Positions 9,269 through 19,178 of a DNA stretch of 64,000 nucleotides are shown one piece after another (the stretch's first letter is position 1; every line of letters begins with the position of its first letter). The notes below the pieces were generated by a model that had not been told where the DNA came from, ran no database searches, and was given only the letters and a program-made list of their open reading frames with translations. This stretch comes from Elusimicrobiota bacterium (GTDB lineage: Bacteria > Elusimicrobiota > Elusimicrobia > Elusimicrobiales > UBA9959). Location: assembly GCA_012517235.1 (NCBI GenBank), contig JAAYVI010000017.1, positions 540 to 64,539 on the forward strand, written 5' to 3'. A program made the translations under genes and the position numbers.

Positions 9269-10078
9269 TTATTTATTTTCCGTTTCTACGGATTCGGGCT
9301 CGGCTTGCGGCACATCTTCGGTCTGAGGCTGCTGATTTTCTTCGGCCGCAGGCTCTTCGGTTTGTATTTGATTTTCTTGAGAAGGCTGAGCGTTCTTAAG
9401 CTCTCTCCCGGATATTACGGCATCGGCCATAACCGAGCAGAAAAGTCTTATGGATCTTGCCGCATCGTCGTTGCCGGGTATTACCCAGTCCACAACTTCC
9501 GGATCGGCGTTGGTATCGCATACCGCTACGGTTACTATTCCGAGTTTTTTTGCTTCCTTGACGGCCAAAGCTTCTTCTACGGGATCGACTACGAACATAA
9601 TATCGGGAATAACCTTCATTTCTCTTATTCCGGATAAAACCTTCAATATTTTATTTTTTTCTTTGCTGAGTCTCGAAACTTCTTTCTTGGCCATAACTTT
9701 AAAATAGCCTTTATTTTCGAGTTCTTCCAATTCTTCGAGCCTTCTTAGAGACTTTCTTATCGTGTCGAAATTGGTAAGAGTTCCGCCCAGCCATTTTTCA
9801 TATACGCAAGGCACATTGGCTCTCTGCGCTTCTTCTTTTATTATTTCTTTGGCCTGTTTTTTGGTGCCTACGAAAAGAAAATTTTTGCCTTCCTTGGCGC
9901 ACTGTTCCACAAAAGAATAAGCTTTTTTCAATTCCTTCAGGGTTTTCTGAAGATCCATTATATGTATTCCGTTTCTCTCTCCGAATATGAAACGAGACAT
10001 TTTGGGATTCCATTTATAGGTTTGGTGACCGAAATGAACTCCGGCTTCAAGCATTGCTTTCATCGATACGTTAAACAT
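9269..10078 (-). CDS. rpsB: 30S ribosomal protein S2 with an acidic C-terminal tail
   Basis: [29 protein letters not shown]; SD GGAGG before MFNVS. Confidence 0.98.
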   Translation of the reverse strand: MFNVSMKAMLEAGVHFGHQTYKWNPKMSRFIFGERNGIHIMDLQKTLKELKKAYSFVEQCAKEGKNFLFVGTKKQAKEIIKEEAQRANVPCVYEKWLGGTLTNFDTIRKSLRRLEELEELENKGYFKVMAKKEVSRLSKEKNKILKVLSGIREMKVIPDIMFVVDPVEEALAVKEAKKLGIVTVAVCDTNADPEVVDWVIPGNDDAARSIRLFCSVMADAVISGRELKNAQPSQENQIQTEEPAAEENQQPQTEDVPQAEPESVETENK

Positions 10079-10150
10079 TAGTCTTAGCCTCCGATAATAC
10101 TTCCTTAATATGTTAAAAAAGGTCTTTTCAAAAGCCTCTTTATTAAGATA

Positions 10151-10192
10151 ATCATAGCATATTGGCGGGCTTCTTGGCAAATTTTATATAAT
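10151..10192. promoter_or_regulatory. Divergent promoters for rpsB (-) and nadE (+)
   Basis: Minus: TTGCCA-N18-TATGAT with an extended TG. Plus: TATAAT at 10187-10192, 8 nt before the nadE ATG. Confidence 0.55.
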
Positions 10193-10200
10193 TCTAACTT

Positions 10201-11832
10201 ATGAAAGTGAAAGCCGTTCAGCTTAATTCAAAAATAGCGGACTTCGAAGGCAATTTCTCAAAAGCTTTAGGGTTTTACTTATCTAATAAAGAAAAATGCG
10301 ATTTGACCGTCTTTCCCGAATTATCGGTTTGCGGCTATCCTCCTCTGGATCTGCTTGAAAATCAATCTTTTATAAAAGCTTGCGAAAAAGCGGCTCTTAA
10401 ATGGGCGGCAATGACTAAAGAAGGTCCGGCCTGCATATTCGGCTCTCCGATGCCTAATCCGGATAAAAAAGGAAAAAGGATATTAAATTGCGCCGTATTT
10501 GCGGAAAAAGGGAAAATAAAGAAAATAGTGGGAAAAACTTTATTGCCCACATACGATATTTTTGACGAAGCGAGATATTTTCAGCCCTGGCAAGGCAATA
10601 GAACGCTATTTTATAAAGGCAAAAAAATAGCAATAACCGTATGCGAAGATATTTGGGCGAACACCGACCTTTTGCCTCACTGCGAACTTTATGAAAAAAA
10701 TCCTCTTAAAGAATGCGCCGATTTGAAACCGGATTTGGTTGTTAATATCTCGGCCTCTCCTTTTCACAAGCATAAAGGCAATATCAGGAAAAAGATACTT
10801 TCCCAATTGTCAAAAAAATATTCGGTTAACTTGGCTTATGTAAATTGCTGCGGTGCAAACGACGAACTTATATTTGACGGAGAAAGTCTTTTCTTTTCAA
10901 AAAAAGGAGAACTTCTGGCCGCCGGAGAGCCTTTTGAAGAGAATAGTTTTTTATGCGATTTTGATCGCGCAAATTTTCCGCTAAAAATACAAAGAGATTG
11001 TTCCGAAGATATTAAAAAAGCTTTGGTATGCGGAATAAGGGATTATTTTTATAAGCAAGGTTTCTCTAAGGCGGTTTTGGGATTAAGCGGAGGCATAGAT
11101 TCCGCGGTAGTTGCTTGTTTGGCTGCCGAAGCTTTGGGCAAGGAAAATGTTTTGGGCGTTTTAATGCCTTCTCCCTACACCTCCCAAAGAAGCATAAAAG
11201 ACGCTCTTCTTTTGGGAAGAAATCTGGGGATAAAAACGGAAATCAAAAAAATAAGCGGCATATACTCCTCTTTTATAAAAGAATTAGGATACGGAGATAG
11301 TAAAATAGACCTCGCAAAGCAAAATCTTCAATCAAGAATAAGAGGCGCCGTTCTTATGGCCTATTCCAATAGGAGCGGATATTTGGTTTTGACAACCGGA
11401 AACAAATCCGAAATAGCGATGGGATACTGTACGCTTTACGGAGATACGGCCGGCGCCATAGCTCCGATAGGAGATCTGTTAAAAACGGAAGTATACGAAT
11501 TGGCGGAAATTATAAATAAAGACGCAAAATATATACCTCAATCGATAATATCGAGACCTCCGAGCGCGGAATTAAAACCGCGGCAAAAAGATCAAGACGA
11601 TTTGCCTCCTTATAATTTATTGGACCGCATAATAAAATCTTACATGGAAGAAGGCTCCGATTTAAAAGATTTCCAGTCAAATTTGAAAAGCTTTGCCGAA
11701 GAAATAATAAAAAGAATGGAAAACAACGAATATAAAAGAAAGCAGCTTCCTATGTGTCTTAAAATTTCTAAAAAATCTTTCGGAACCGGAAGAAAAATGC
11801 CTTCCGCCAAATCGTCTCCTCCATACCGATGA
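10201..11832 (+). CDS. nadE: Glutamine-dependent NAD+ synthetase
   Basis: Nitrilase domain with the E-K-C triad (FPELS, GKTLLP, VCEDIW), plus GLSGGIDS, NLQSRIR, TGNKSE, GYCTLYGD. Confidence 0.96.
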   Translation: MKVKAVQLNSKIADFEGNFSKALGFYLSNKEKCDLTVFPELSVCGYPPLDLLENQSFIKACEKAALKWAAMTKEGPACIFGSPMPNPDKKGKRILNCAVFAEKGKIKKIVGKTLLPTYDIFDEARYFQPWQGNRTLFYKGKKIAITVCEDIWANTDLLPHCELYEKNPLKECADLKPDLVVNISASPFHKHKGNIRKKILSQLSKKYSVNLAYVNCCGANDELIFDGESLFFSKKGELLAAGEPFEENSFLCDFDRANFPLKIQRDCSEDIKKALVCGIRDYFYKQGFSKAVLGLSGGIDSAVVACLAAEALGKENVLGVLMPSPYTSQRSIKDALLLGRNLGIKTEIKKISGIYSSFIKELGYGDSKIDLAKQNLQSRIRGAVLMAYSNRSGYLVLTTGNKSEIAMGYCTLYGDTAGAIAPIGDLLKTEVYELAEIINKDAKYIPQSIISRPPSAELKPRQKDQDDLPPYNLLDRIIKSYMEEGSDLKDFQSNLKSFAEEIIKRMENNEYKRKQLPMCLKISKKSFGTGRKMPSAKSSPPYR

Positions 11833-13103
11833 AAAAATTAATTTTTCTTTCCTTGATATTGGGATATTCCTATTGTTTTACGCAAGAAGATAAAGGTCAA
11901 GAAACTCCCGCGGTTAAAGTTCTTAAAAATAATTTTTTGACAAAAATTTCGGATAAACTTTCGTTCTCCGCCGGTCCCGCTCAAATTTTATCGATTCCCA
12001 TATTTCAAAATAACAAAGATTTGGGCTCTTCTTACGGAGTAATGTCGGCGATTGTTTTTAAATCTTCGGATAACGTAAATCCGATAAAAACCGTTCTGGC
12101 TCCTTCCTATGAAAAAAGCGAAAAATTGGGAGATTCTTTTTCTTACAGACATTACTTTTTCCCCGGGAAAGGAGAACTGGCGATGGCGAGATTTTCCAAG
12201 TCTCAAGGCCCTAAAAAAGAAGCCGTTTTTTGGTATTACGGAGAATCCGCATTGGGCAAAGATAAATCTCTGGATTTTTTTGTATCCGACTCATGGGATC
12301 CCAAATATTCTTTTTACGGGTACGGCCCGAACAGCTCGGAAAAAGACGGGGAAAATTATGTTTTAGACTATAAAACGCTTCAATTATCTTTAAAATTTCC
12401 CATAGCCGGAAAAGTTAAAATAGAATACTCTCCTTCTTACTCTCAAAAGAAAATAAAAAACGGCCCTTTCGGTTCCGACGAGCCTTTTTGGCAATCTTAT
12501 CCGAACGAATATTCGCAATTATCGGAACAAAAAAAATTTTTTATCAATAAACTTTCGATATTTATGGATACCACGGATCATCCTTTTCTGCCTAAGATAG
12601 GAAATTTTTTATCTTTTTCGGCGGCATTCTCCGCAAAACCTTATTCTTCTTATTCTTACGCTTTATACAAGGCCGAGGCTAAAAAGTATTACAAGCTATT
12701 TTCCGAAGATCAGGTAACGGCTTTAAGATACGAACTGCAGTGGATTTCGGGCAATAAAAACATACCTTTTTATCAAATGCCCGTTCTGGGGGAAAGTTCG
12801 GGACTAAGAGCGGCCGGAGAAGGAAGGTATTGCTCAAGAGCAAAATTTTTAGCTACCGTAGAACACAGAATGACGGTTTCAAAGTCGGCTTTTATGAAAT
12901 TTTTAAGCGAATTGGAATTTACTCCTTTTTTGGATATGGGTACCGTAGCCGAAAATCCTAAGGATTTAAAAATAAACAAAATGATTTACGGGCCCGGGGC
13001 CGCTTTTAGACTCGTATTAAGACCGCATATAGCGGCTTCGGCAAATCTGGCGTTTTACAAAGAAGGATATAATTTTCTTATAAACGTAGGCTATCCGTTT
13101 TAA
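11829..13103 (+). CDS. Omp85/BamA-TamA-family outer-membrane barrel protein with no obvious POTRA domains
   Basis: Signal-peptide-like N-terminus, amphipathic beta-strand pattern, PFYQMP.LG..SGLR...GRY segment, C-terminal VGYPF. Confidence 0.7.
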   Translation: MKKLIFLSLILGYSYCFTQEDKGQETPAVKVLKNNFLTKISDKLSFSAGPAQILSIPIFQNNKDLGSSYGVMSAIVFKSSDNVNPIKTVLAPSYEKSEKLGDSFSYRHYFFPGKGELAMARFSKSQGPKKEAVFWYYGESALGKDKSLDFFVSDSWDPKYSFYGYGPNSSEKDGENYVLDYKTLQLSLKFPIAGKVKIEYSPSYSQKKIKNGPFGSDEPFWQSYPNEYSQLSEQKKFFINKLSIFMDTTDHPFLPKIGNFLSFSAAFSAKPYSSYSYALYKAEAKKYYKLFSEDQVTALRYELQWISGNKNIPFYQMPVLGESSGLRAAGEGRYCSRAKFLATVEHRMTVSKSAFMKFLSELEFTPFLDMGTVAENPKDLKINKMIYGPGAAFRLVLRPHIAASANLAFYKEGYNFLINVGYPF

Positions 13104-15188
13104 TTATTGTTGAGTCAGCTGAGACAAATCGGCCAAATCGCCGAATATTTTTTTTACCGAAAATAAAAGCGCGGTTCTATTATCTCTGACTTGTTTATTT
13201 TCGCAGTTAACCATAACGCCCGCAAAGAAATTTTCCAAAGGAGATTTTAAAGAGGACGCCGTCTGCAAAGCTTTTTTATAATCTCCTTTTTCGGCAAATT
13301 CTTCGGATTTGGCGGAAATATCTTCCAAAGAATCGGCCAAAGTTCTTTCTTCTTCTTTTTCAAAAAGATCTCTGTTAAAGTGTCCCGTATTTTCTTTATC
13401 CTTTAGTATATTGTTAACTCTTTTATATAGAGAAGCCAATATTAAAACTTCCGGAGATTGAGATATTTCTTTTATCGCTTCCGCTCTTGCCAAAGCTTTG
13501 TTTAAATCCCCTTCTCTTAAAAATATTTCTTTTACCGCGGCCAAAGCCCCAGCGGGAATATTTTTTGAGGAGTAGTTTTCAAGCCTTTGCCAGAAAAAAT
13601 CCGCAAGTTTCGGCCAGCAGGAAATATTATTTTTAATTTCCTCGTTTTTATAAAGAGAAAGAGCGAAATAAACCGCGTCTTTTAAATTTATTTTTAATTT
13701 ATTTTCCGCTATTATCCTCACCGCTCCGTAAGCGGCTCGTCTCAAGCCGTGAGGATCTTGACTTCCGGTAGGAATAAGTCCCGCGGAAAAATCGCCGGCA
13801 AGAGTATCTATTCTCGAAGCCAACGACAGTATTGAACCTTCCAAAGAAGACGGTAAAGAATCTTCGGCCGACAACGGCTTATAGAAATCCTTTAAAGCCA
13901 AAGCGCCTTTTTCGTCCAATCCCCATTCTTTGCCATAATACCCGCTCATTATTCCCTGAAGTTCCGGAAATTCTCTTACCACATTCGACGCCAAATCCAG
14001 ATAAACGCATTGCGCGGCGGATCGAAGAATAGAAGAATCAAAACCTATTTTATCCGCTATCCATAAAGCCAGAGATTGCGTTCTTTCCTTTTTATCCGAC
14101 ATTGTTCCTAATTTTTCTTGAAAAAGTATTTTCGATATTTTTTCTTTTAAAACATCTTTGGAAGTTTTAATATCGTTTTCATAAAAAAATATCGCGTCTC
14201 TGCATCTCGCCTCAAAAACGCTTAAGAATCCTTCCTCCACATTTTTATTGCCTTTCGACAAACCGTCTCTTACTCCTATAAAAAAAGGAGCCGGCTGAGA
14301 ATTTTTATAACAGGGGAAAAATTTAAGCTGTTTTTTCATTACCAAAGAAAGAAGCTCCTGAGGAAGAGATAAAAATTCGTTAGAATATTTGACCGGAACG
14401 CAAGAAGGATATTCGGTCAAATAAGAGTTTTCTTCCACTAAAGCTTCGTCGAGATCGGGCGAAAGTTTCATAGCAGAACCCGCATTTTTTAAATCCTTTA
14501 ATATTTTTTCTTTTCTTTCTTCTCCTTTGACTATTACCTGAGCTTTTTCCAAAGATTTGAAATACGAATCGGCGGTTTTTACGGAAATTTTCTTAGAACC
14601 CAATGCGGCAAGTCCGAAAGTCGTTTTTCCCGCTTTAACTTGCGCCAACCGGAAAACTACGGGGGAAGAACCGTAAATAGCCAAAAAATTTCTTATCGGT
14701 CTGGCGAATCTTAATCTGCTTTCTTCCCAAACCATATTTTTAGGAAACTGAAGATTTTTCACTATATGAACGCACAGATCGGAAAGTATTTTGGAAGCCG
14801 AAAGAGGGGGAAGTTTTCTTTCATAGCATAAGACTTCTCCCTTTTTTTCTATTACGGCGGTTTTAAGTTTATCGCAGGATATACCCAAAGAAGAAGCAAA
14901 ACCCGAAGCCTGTTTGGTATAATTTCCCTTTTCGTCTTTAAGAAGTCTTGCGGGAGGACCGTAAAAAATTTCGCTTCTTTCCGCCGTTTTTTGAGGGATA
15001 TTTTCGACAAATAAAACAAGTCTTCTATAAGTTCCGAAAACGGATATTTCTCCGTGCGGAAGATTTTTAGAAAGCAAAAAAGAAGCGGCGGTTTCTTTTA
15101 TCTGAGAAAGAGCCGAAATTATAAATCTGGCGGGGATATTCTCCACATAAATTTCATAAACAAAATTTTTATTTTTATTTTCTGTCAT
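13104..15188 (-). CDS. glyS: Glycyl-tRNA synthetase beta subunit
   Basis: FARPIRN, VREFPELQG, PTGSQDPHGLRRAA, C-terminal DALR-like region. Confidence 0.96.
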   Translation of the reverse strand: MTENKNKNFVYEIYVENIPARFIISALSQIKETAASFLLSKNLPHGEISVFGTYRRLVLFVENIPQKTAERSEIFYGPPARLLKDEKGNYTKQASGFASSLGISCDKLKTAVIEKKGEVLCYERKLPPLSASKILSDLCVHIVKNLQFPKNMVWEESRLRFARPIRNFLAIYGSSPVVFRLAQVKAGKTTFGLAALGSKKISVKTADSYFKSLEKAQVIVKGEERKEKILKDLKNAGSAMKLSPDLDEALVEENSYLTEYPSCVPVKYSNEFLSLPQELLSLVMKKQLKFFPCYKNSQPAPFFIGVRDGLSKGNKNVEEGFLSVFEARCRDAIFFYENDIKTSKDVLKEKISKILFQEKLGTMSDKKERTQSLALWIADKIGFDSSILRSAAQCVYLDLASNVVREFPELQGIMSGYYGKEWGLDEKGALALKDFYKPLSAEDSLPSSLEGSILSLASRIDTLAGDFSAGLIPTGSQDPHGLRRAAYGAVRIIAENKLKINLKDAVYFALSLYKNEEIKNNISCWPKLADFFWQRLENYSSKNIPAGALAAVKEIFLREGDLNKALARAEAIKEISQSPEVLILASLYKRVNNILKDKENTGHFNRDLFEKEEERTLADSLEDISAKSEEFAEKGDYKKALQTASSLKSPLENFFAGVMVNCENKQVRDNRTALLFSVKKIFGDLADLSQLTQQ

Positions 15189-16051
15189 ATTTTTTCGCCT
15201 TTAAGAGCTGGTTCGCAGTCTTCCACATAAGCTTTCGCGCAAAGTCTGGCCATGCCTCTGACTCTTTTTATCAAATTGGCTCTCTCGGAAACCGATATCG
15301 CGCCTCTGGCGTCAAGCAAATTAAAAGTATGAGAGGACTTTATGACAAAATCGTAAGCTGGATAATACAACCCCTTAGAACAAAGCTTTTGAGTTTCTTT
15401 TTCGTAAAAATCAAAATCGCTTCTAAGCTTTTGAGTATCCGCTTCCTCAAAATTAAAAGCCGAAAATTGTTTTTCGGACTGTTTAAACAAATCTCCGTAC
15501 GTAAGCTTTTCGTTCCATTTTATTTCAAACACATTTTTTTTCTTCTGAGAAAACATTGCGAGTCTTTCCAAACCGTAAGTTATTTCCGCCGTAATGGGAT
15601 AAAGTTCGTAAGAAGCCATTTGCTGAAAATATGTAAACTGAGTAACCTCCATACCGTCCAGCCAAACTTCCCATCCTATGCCGCTGGCGCCGAGCGTGGG
15701 AGATTCCCAATCGTCTTCTATCCATCTAACGTCATGGCAGGAATAATCTATTCCTATCGCTTTAAGAGATTCCAAATAAATTTTCTGTATGTCTTTAAAA
15801 GGAGGTTTTATGATTACTTGATACTGATAATACTTTCCCAATCTGTTAGGATTTTCTCCGTATCTTCCGTCCGCCGGTCTTCTGCACGGTTCGGCATAAC
15901 AAACCATAGTCTCTCTGGAAGTAAGCGATCCGAAAAAAGTCGCCGTATTAAAAGTTCCGGCTCCTTTCTCCATATCGTAAGGCTGTATTACGGCGCATCC
16001 TTTTTTGGCCCAGTATGCGTCCAATTTAAGAATTATATCTTGAAAATTCAT
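15185..16051 (-). CDS. glyQ: Glycyl-tRNA synthetase alpha subunit
   Basis: GAGTF, RRPADGRYGENPNRL, GMEVTQFTYFQQ, EITYGLERL. Confidence 0.98.
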   Translation of the reverse strand: MNFQDIILKLDAYWAKKGCAVIQPYDMEKGAGTFNTATFFGSLTSRETMVCYAEPCRRPADGRYGENPNRLGKYYQYQVIIKPPFKDIQKIYLESLKAIGIDYSCHDVRWIEDDWESPTLGASGIGWEVWLDGMEVTQFTYFQQMASYELYPITAEITYGLERLAMFSQKKKNVFEIKWNEKLTYGDLFKQSEKQFSAFNFEEADTQKLRSDFDFYEKETQKLCSKGLYYPAYDFVIKSSHTFNLLDARGAISVSERANLIKRVRGMARLCAKAYVEDCEPALKGEKI

Positions 16052-16093
16052 TTGTTTCTCCGATAAGTTTTGCCGCCTATTTTAAGACTATTG

Positions 16094-16723
16094 TTAAATT
16101 TTAACAAATTTGAGAGAATTAATCTCCCTTCCGGAATGCTCCCTTACCTTATCTATTACATAAGATTCTATCAAATCGAAAGTCCTGGAGTCTTCTTTAA
16201 GTTCTTTAAGTCCGGAGAAATCGTCTTTATGAAGATTTTCCCAAATACTTTCGTCAAAGCCGAGGTTTGACTTTCTAAAACCGACCCCGCAATACTCCAA
16301 AAGCAAAAGAGAATACGATAATAGCAAAAAAGAATTTTTTTCTTCTTTTTCCAAGTACTCCAAAGCGTTTTTTAAAAGATTAAATTTTTCTTTGGCCGGC
16401 TGTCCCAGAGGAGTAAGATTCACCATAAGCTCGCAAATATAAAAAGCGTTTAGAATTTTTGTATTATTCGACCTTAGAGACGGGAAAACGCTTATTATCT
16501 TTCCGCCGGTACAAACCGGCAAAGCGGAACCGTTTTTGGCATAAAACCTAAAATCGCCCATAACAAAAGTTTCGCTTAAAGGTCTCAATTTGGCTTTTTG
16601 CTTTCTTACGCTTTTAAAGCTTATTTCCAGTCTTCCGTAATTTTCGGTAAAAACGGTAACTATTTTGTCGCTGTCTCTTAAAGGTCTTTGTCTTAAAACT
16701 ATTCCTTTGTCGCAAAAATACAT
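16094..16723 (-). CDS. recO: DNA repair protein RecO (short, no zinc finger)
   Basis: N-terminal OB fold GIVLR...DSDKIVTVFTENYG; conserved recO-glyQ-glyS order. Confidence 0.85.
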   Translation of the reverse strand: MYFCDKGIVLRQRPLRDSDKIVTVFTENYGRLEISFKSVRKQKAKLRPLSETFVMGDFRFYAKNGSALPVCTGGKIISVFPSLRSNNTKILNAFYICELMVNLTPLGQPAKEKFNLLKNALEYLEKEEKNSFLLLSYSLLLLEYCGVGFRKSNLGFDESIWENLHKDDFSGLKELKEDSRTFDLIESYVIDKVREHSGREINSLKFVKI

Positions 16724-16799
16724 AAATATATTTTATAAAATACCTCCGCCGTTTTATAACGGCTGTAAAAAAATTTTCTTATTTTGTTTAATTATTAAG

Positions 16800-17597
16800 A
16801 TGAAAATAATGATTTTGGGTCATAGCGGATTCATAGGGTCTCATTTGCTTGAAGAAAAAATTATTTCTAATTGCGAAAAGATTCTTCCCTCAAGAAAGGT
16901 TTCTTCGGTTTATAATAAAGACGGAGATCTATTGGTACCTTACGAAAAGGCTTTCGAATACGCCGACAAAATAAAACCCGAAGTCATAGTAAATTTAATA
17001 GGCGTATTAAAAGAAAAAAAAGAAGGCGAATACGAACGGGCGCATGTAAAAACGGCGGAAAATATCGCGAAATACTCGCAATACAACAAAGCAAAAGTAA
17101 TTCATATTTCCGCATTGGGCCCAGAAGATTGTTCCGATTCTCTCTATTTTTCAACAAAAAGAAAAGCCGAAAAGGTATTAAACCAAAAAAACTCCGACTT
17201 GATAATAATAAGACCGGGAATAGTTCTCGGAGAAGGTCAAAAAATTCTTTCCGACATAAAAAAAATTTCTTCTTTTTCTCCCTTCATTTTTTGTCCCGAT
17301 TCCAAAACGGCGGTTATAAACGTAAAAAGACTTACCTCCATTATAGCTAAAGCCGTCGTCGGAGAAATCAAACCGGGAACATATCAAGCTTACGACGAGA
17401 TATCGGACTTCAAGTCTTTTTTTGAAAAATCTTTGGATATTATCAAAGTAAAAAGAAAAGTAATATCCCTGCCTATTTCTTTTTTTCTTCCAATGGCCGA
17501 ATTGGGAGAAATAATCGATTTTTTTCCTATTAATAAGGAGCAATATAAAATGATGATTTGCGGCTCTTTGCCTCTGGAGAAATATCCGAAGCTATGA
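16800..17597 (+). CDS. NAD-dependent epimerase/dehydratase (NDUFA9-like atypical SDR)
   Basis: GHSGFIG Rossmann motif, VNLIGVL, HISALG, YFSTK, IIRPG. Confidence 0.8.
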   Translation: MKIMILGHSGFIGSHLLEEKIISNCEKILPSRKVSSVYNKDGDLLVPYEKAFEYADKIKPEVIVNLIGVLKEKKEGEYERAHVKTAENIAKYSQYNKAKVIHISALGPEDCSDSLYFSTKRKAEKVLNQKNSDLIIIRPGIVLGEGQKILSDIKKISSFSPFIFCPDSKTAVINVKRLTSIIAKAVVGEIKPGTYQAYDEISDFKSFFEKSLDIIKVKRKVISLPISFFLPMAELGEIIDFFPINKEQYKMMICGSLPLEKYPKL

Positions 17598-18979
17598 TAG
17601 AAAAAGAAAGAATAAAGAAATTAAATTCCAAAAAAATATTAAAAAACGGAAGATACGGACTTTATATTATGCAGGCCTCTCAAAGACTTTCCGATAATAA
17701 GGCATTGGCCTTCGCGGTAAGTTTGGCAAACGAAAATAATATTCCTTTAATAACCGTATTCAATATAATGCCCTCTTTTCCCGGAGCGAATATTAGACAT
17801 TACGCTTTTATGATGGAAGGTCTGAAGGAACTAAAAAAAGATTTTGACAGCGCCGGTTATCCTTTTTATATTATGGATGGATATTACGAAGAAAACTTTT
17901 TTAAAATATCGGGGGAAGCGGCTTTTGCCGTAACGGACTGCGGATATTTAAGACATCAAAGAGAAATGAGAGAAAGAGCGGCTCAAAAAGCGGAATTTGC
18001 TTTTTATCAAGTAGAAGCCGATACGGCTATACCGTGCGAAACCGCGTCTCAAAAAAAAGAACCTTATGCTTCGGTTTTAAGACCTAAAATATTAAAACTG
18101 CTTCCTTATTTTTTAAAGACGACGAAAATACCCGAATTAAAAAACAAAAAAAAATTTGTTAATTTTAAAAACATAAACATATGCGAAAAAAATTTTCTTG
18201 AAAGCTTTCTTAAATGTCCTCTAATTCCCGGGCCGGTTCCTTATGAAAAAGGAGGATATGGCGAAGCTTCCAAAAAATTAAAAAATTTTATTTCCAAAAA
18301 ACTAAATTTTTATCATCTTCGTTCCGACCCTTCGTCGGATTACTCTTCGGGACTTAGCGCTTACCTTCACTTCGGACAAATATCTCCATGCGAAATATCT
18401 CTTTCGGTTTTATCGTCAAAATCCGCGGAAGAGAATAAGCAAAAATTTTTAGACGAGTTGATAGTATGGAGAGAACTCGCGAGAAATTTTACCTTATATG
18501 AAAAATCATACGACAATCTGAAAGGATTGCCGGATTGGGCTTTACTACAGCTGGCAAAACGAAGTTCCGATGAAAGGCCTTATTTATATTCAAAAGAGGA
18601 ACTTGAAAAAGCCCGAACAAAAGATATTTACTGGAATTGCGCTCAAAAAGAGCTTTTAATTAGGGGCAGAATTCATAATTATATGAGAATGTATTGGGGG
18701 AAAAAAATCATCGAATGGACGGACTCTCCTAAAAAAGCTTTGGAAATAATGATATATCTAAACGACAAATACGCTTTGGACGGCAGAGATCCTAACGGAT
18801 ACGCCTCTATATTATGGTGTTTCGGTCTTCATGACAGACCTTTTTTCCCAAGACCGATATTCGGGAATATAAGATATATGAGCGCCAAAGGACTGGAGAC
18901 AAAATTCGACATGGAGAAATATGTCTCCGATATCGAATATTTGGAAAAGGATTTCAATAAAAATCCGAAAAGACCTTAA
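17594..18979 (+). CDS. phr: Class II CPD DNA photolyase
   Basis: SGLSAYLHFGQIS, ELIVWRELA.NF, IHNYMRMYWGKK, LDGRDPNG, HDRPF. ATGA overlap with the upstream gene. Confidence 0.93.
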   Translation: MIEKERIKKLNSKKILKNGRYGLYIMQASQRLSDNKALAFAVSLANENNIPLITVFNIMPSFPGANIRHYAFMMEGLKELKKDFDSAGYPFYIMDGYYEENFFKISGEAAFAVTDCGYLRHQREMRERAAQKAEFAFYQVEADTAIPCETASQKKEPYASVLRPKILKLLPYFLKTTKIPELKNKKKFVNFKNINICEKNFLESFLKCPLIPGPVPYEKGGYGEASKKLKNFISKKLNFYHLRSDPSSDYSSGLSAYLHFGQISPCEISLSVLSSKSAEENKQKFLDELIVWRELARNFTLYEKSYDNLKGLPDWALLQLAKRSSDERPYLYSKEELEKARTKDIYWNCAQKELLIRGRIHNYMRMYWGKKIIEWTDSPKKALEIMIYLNDKYALDGRDPNGYASILWCFGLHDRPFFPRPIFGNIRYMSAKGLETKFDMEKYVSDIEYLEKDFNKNPKRP

Positions 18980-19019
18980 AGAATCGCATTGATATCTTTG
19001 CATAATTTCCAAAAATTTT

Positions 19020-19028
19020 TGATATAAT
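19020..19028 (+). promoter_or_regulatory. Extended -10 promoter for the rpmH operon
   Basis: TGaTATAAT ending 9 nt before the rpmH ATG; no SD. Confidence 0.6.
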
Positions 19029-19037
19029 AATATTATT

Positions 19038-19175
19038 ATGCTACCAACATATAGACCAAACGTAAGAAGAAGAAAAAAATCCATAGGCTTTAGAGCCAGA
19101 ATGAAAACAAAAGGCGGAAGAAAAGTATTATCCGCCAGAAGAAGAAAGGGAAGATGGAATCTCATCCCCGAATAA
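19038..19175 (+). CDS. rpmH: 50S ribosomal protein L34 (45 aa, missed by the ORF track)
   Basis: [45 protein letters not shown], directly upstream of rnpA. Confidence 0.97.
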   Translation: MLPTYRPNVRRRKKSIGFRARMKTKGGRKVLSARRRKGRWNLIPE

Positions 19176-19178
19176 ACC

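Noticed and set aside
15329-16066. 245-aa plus-strand ORF
   Set aside because: Antisense to glyQ; no independent support.
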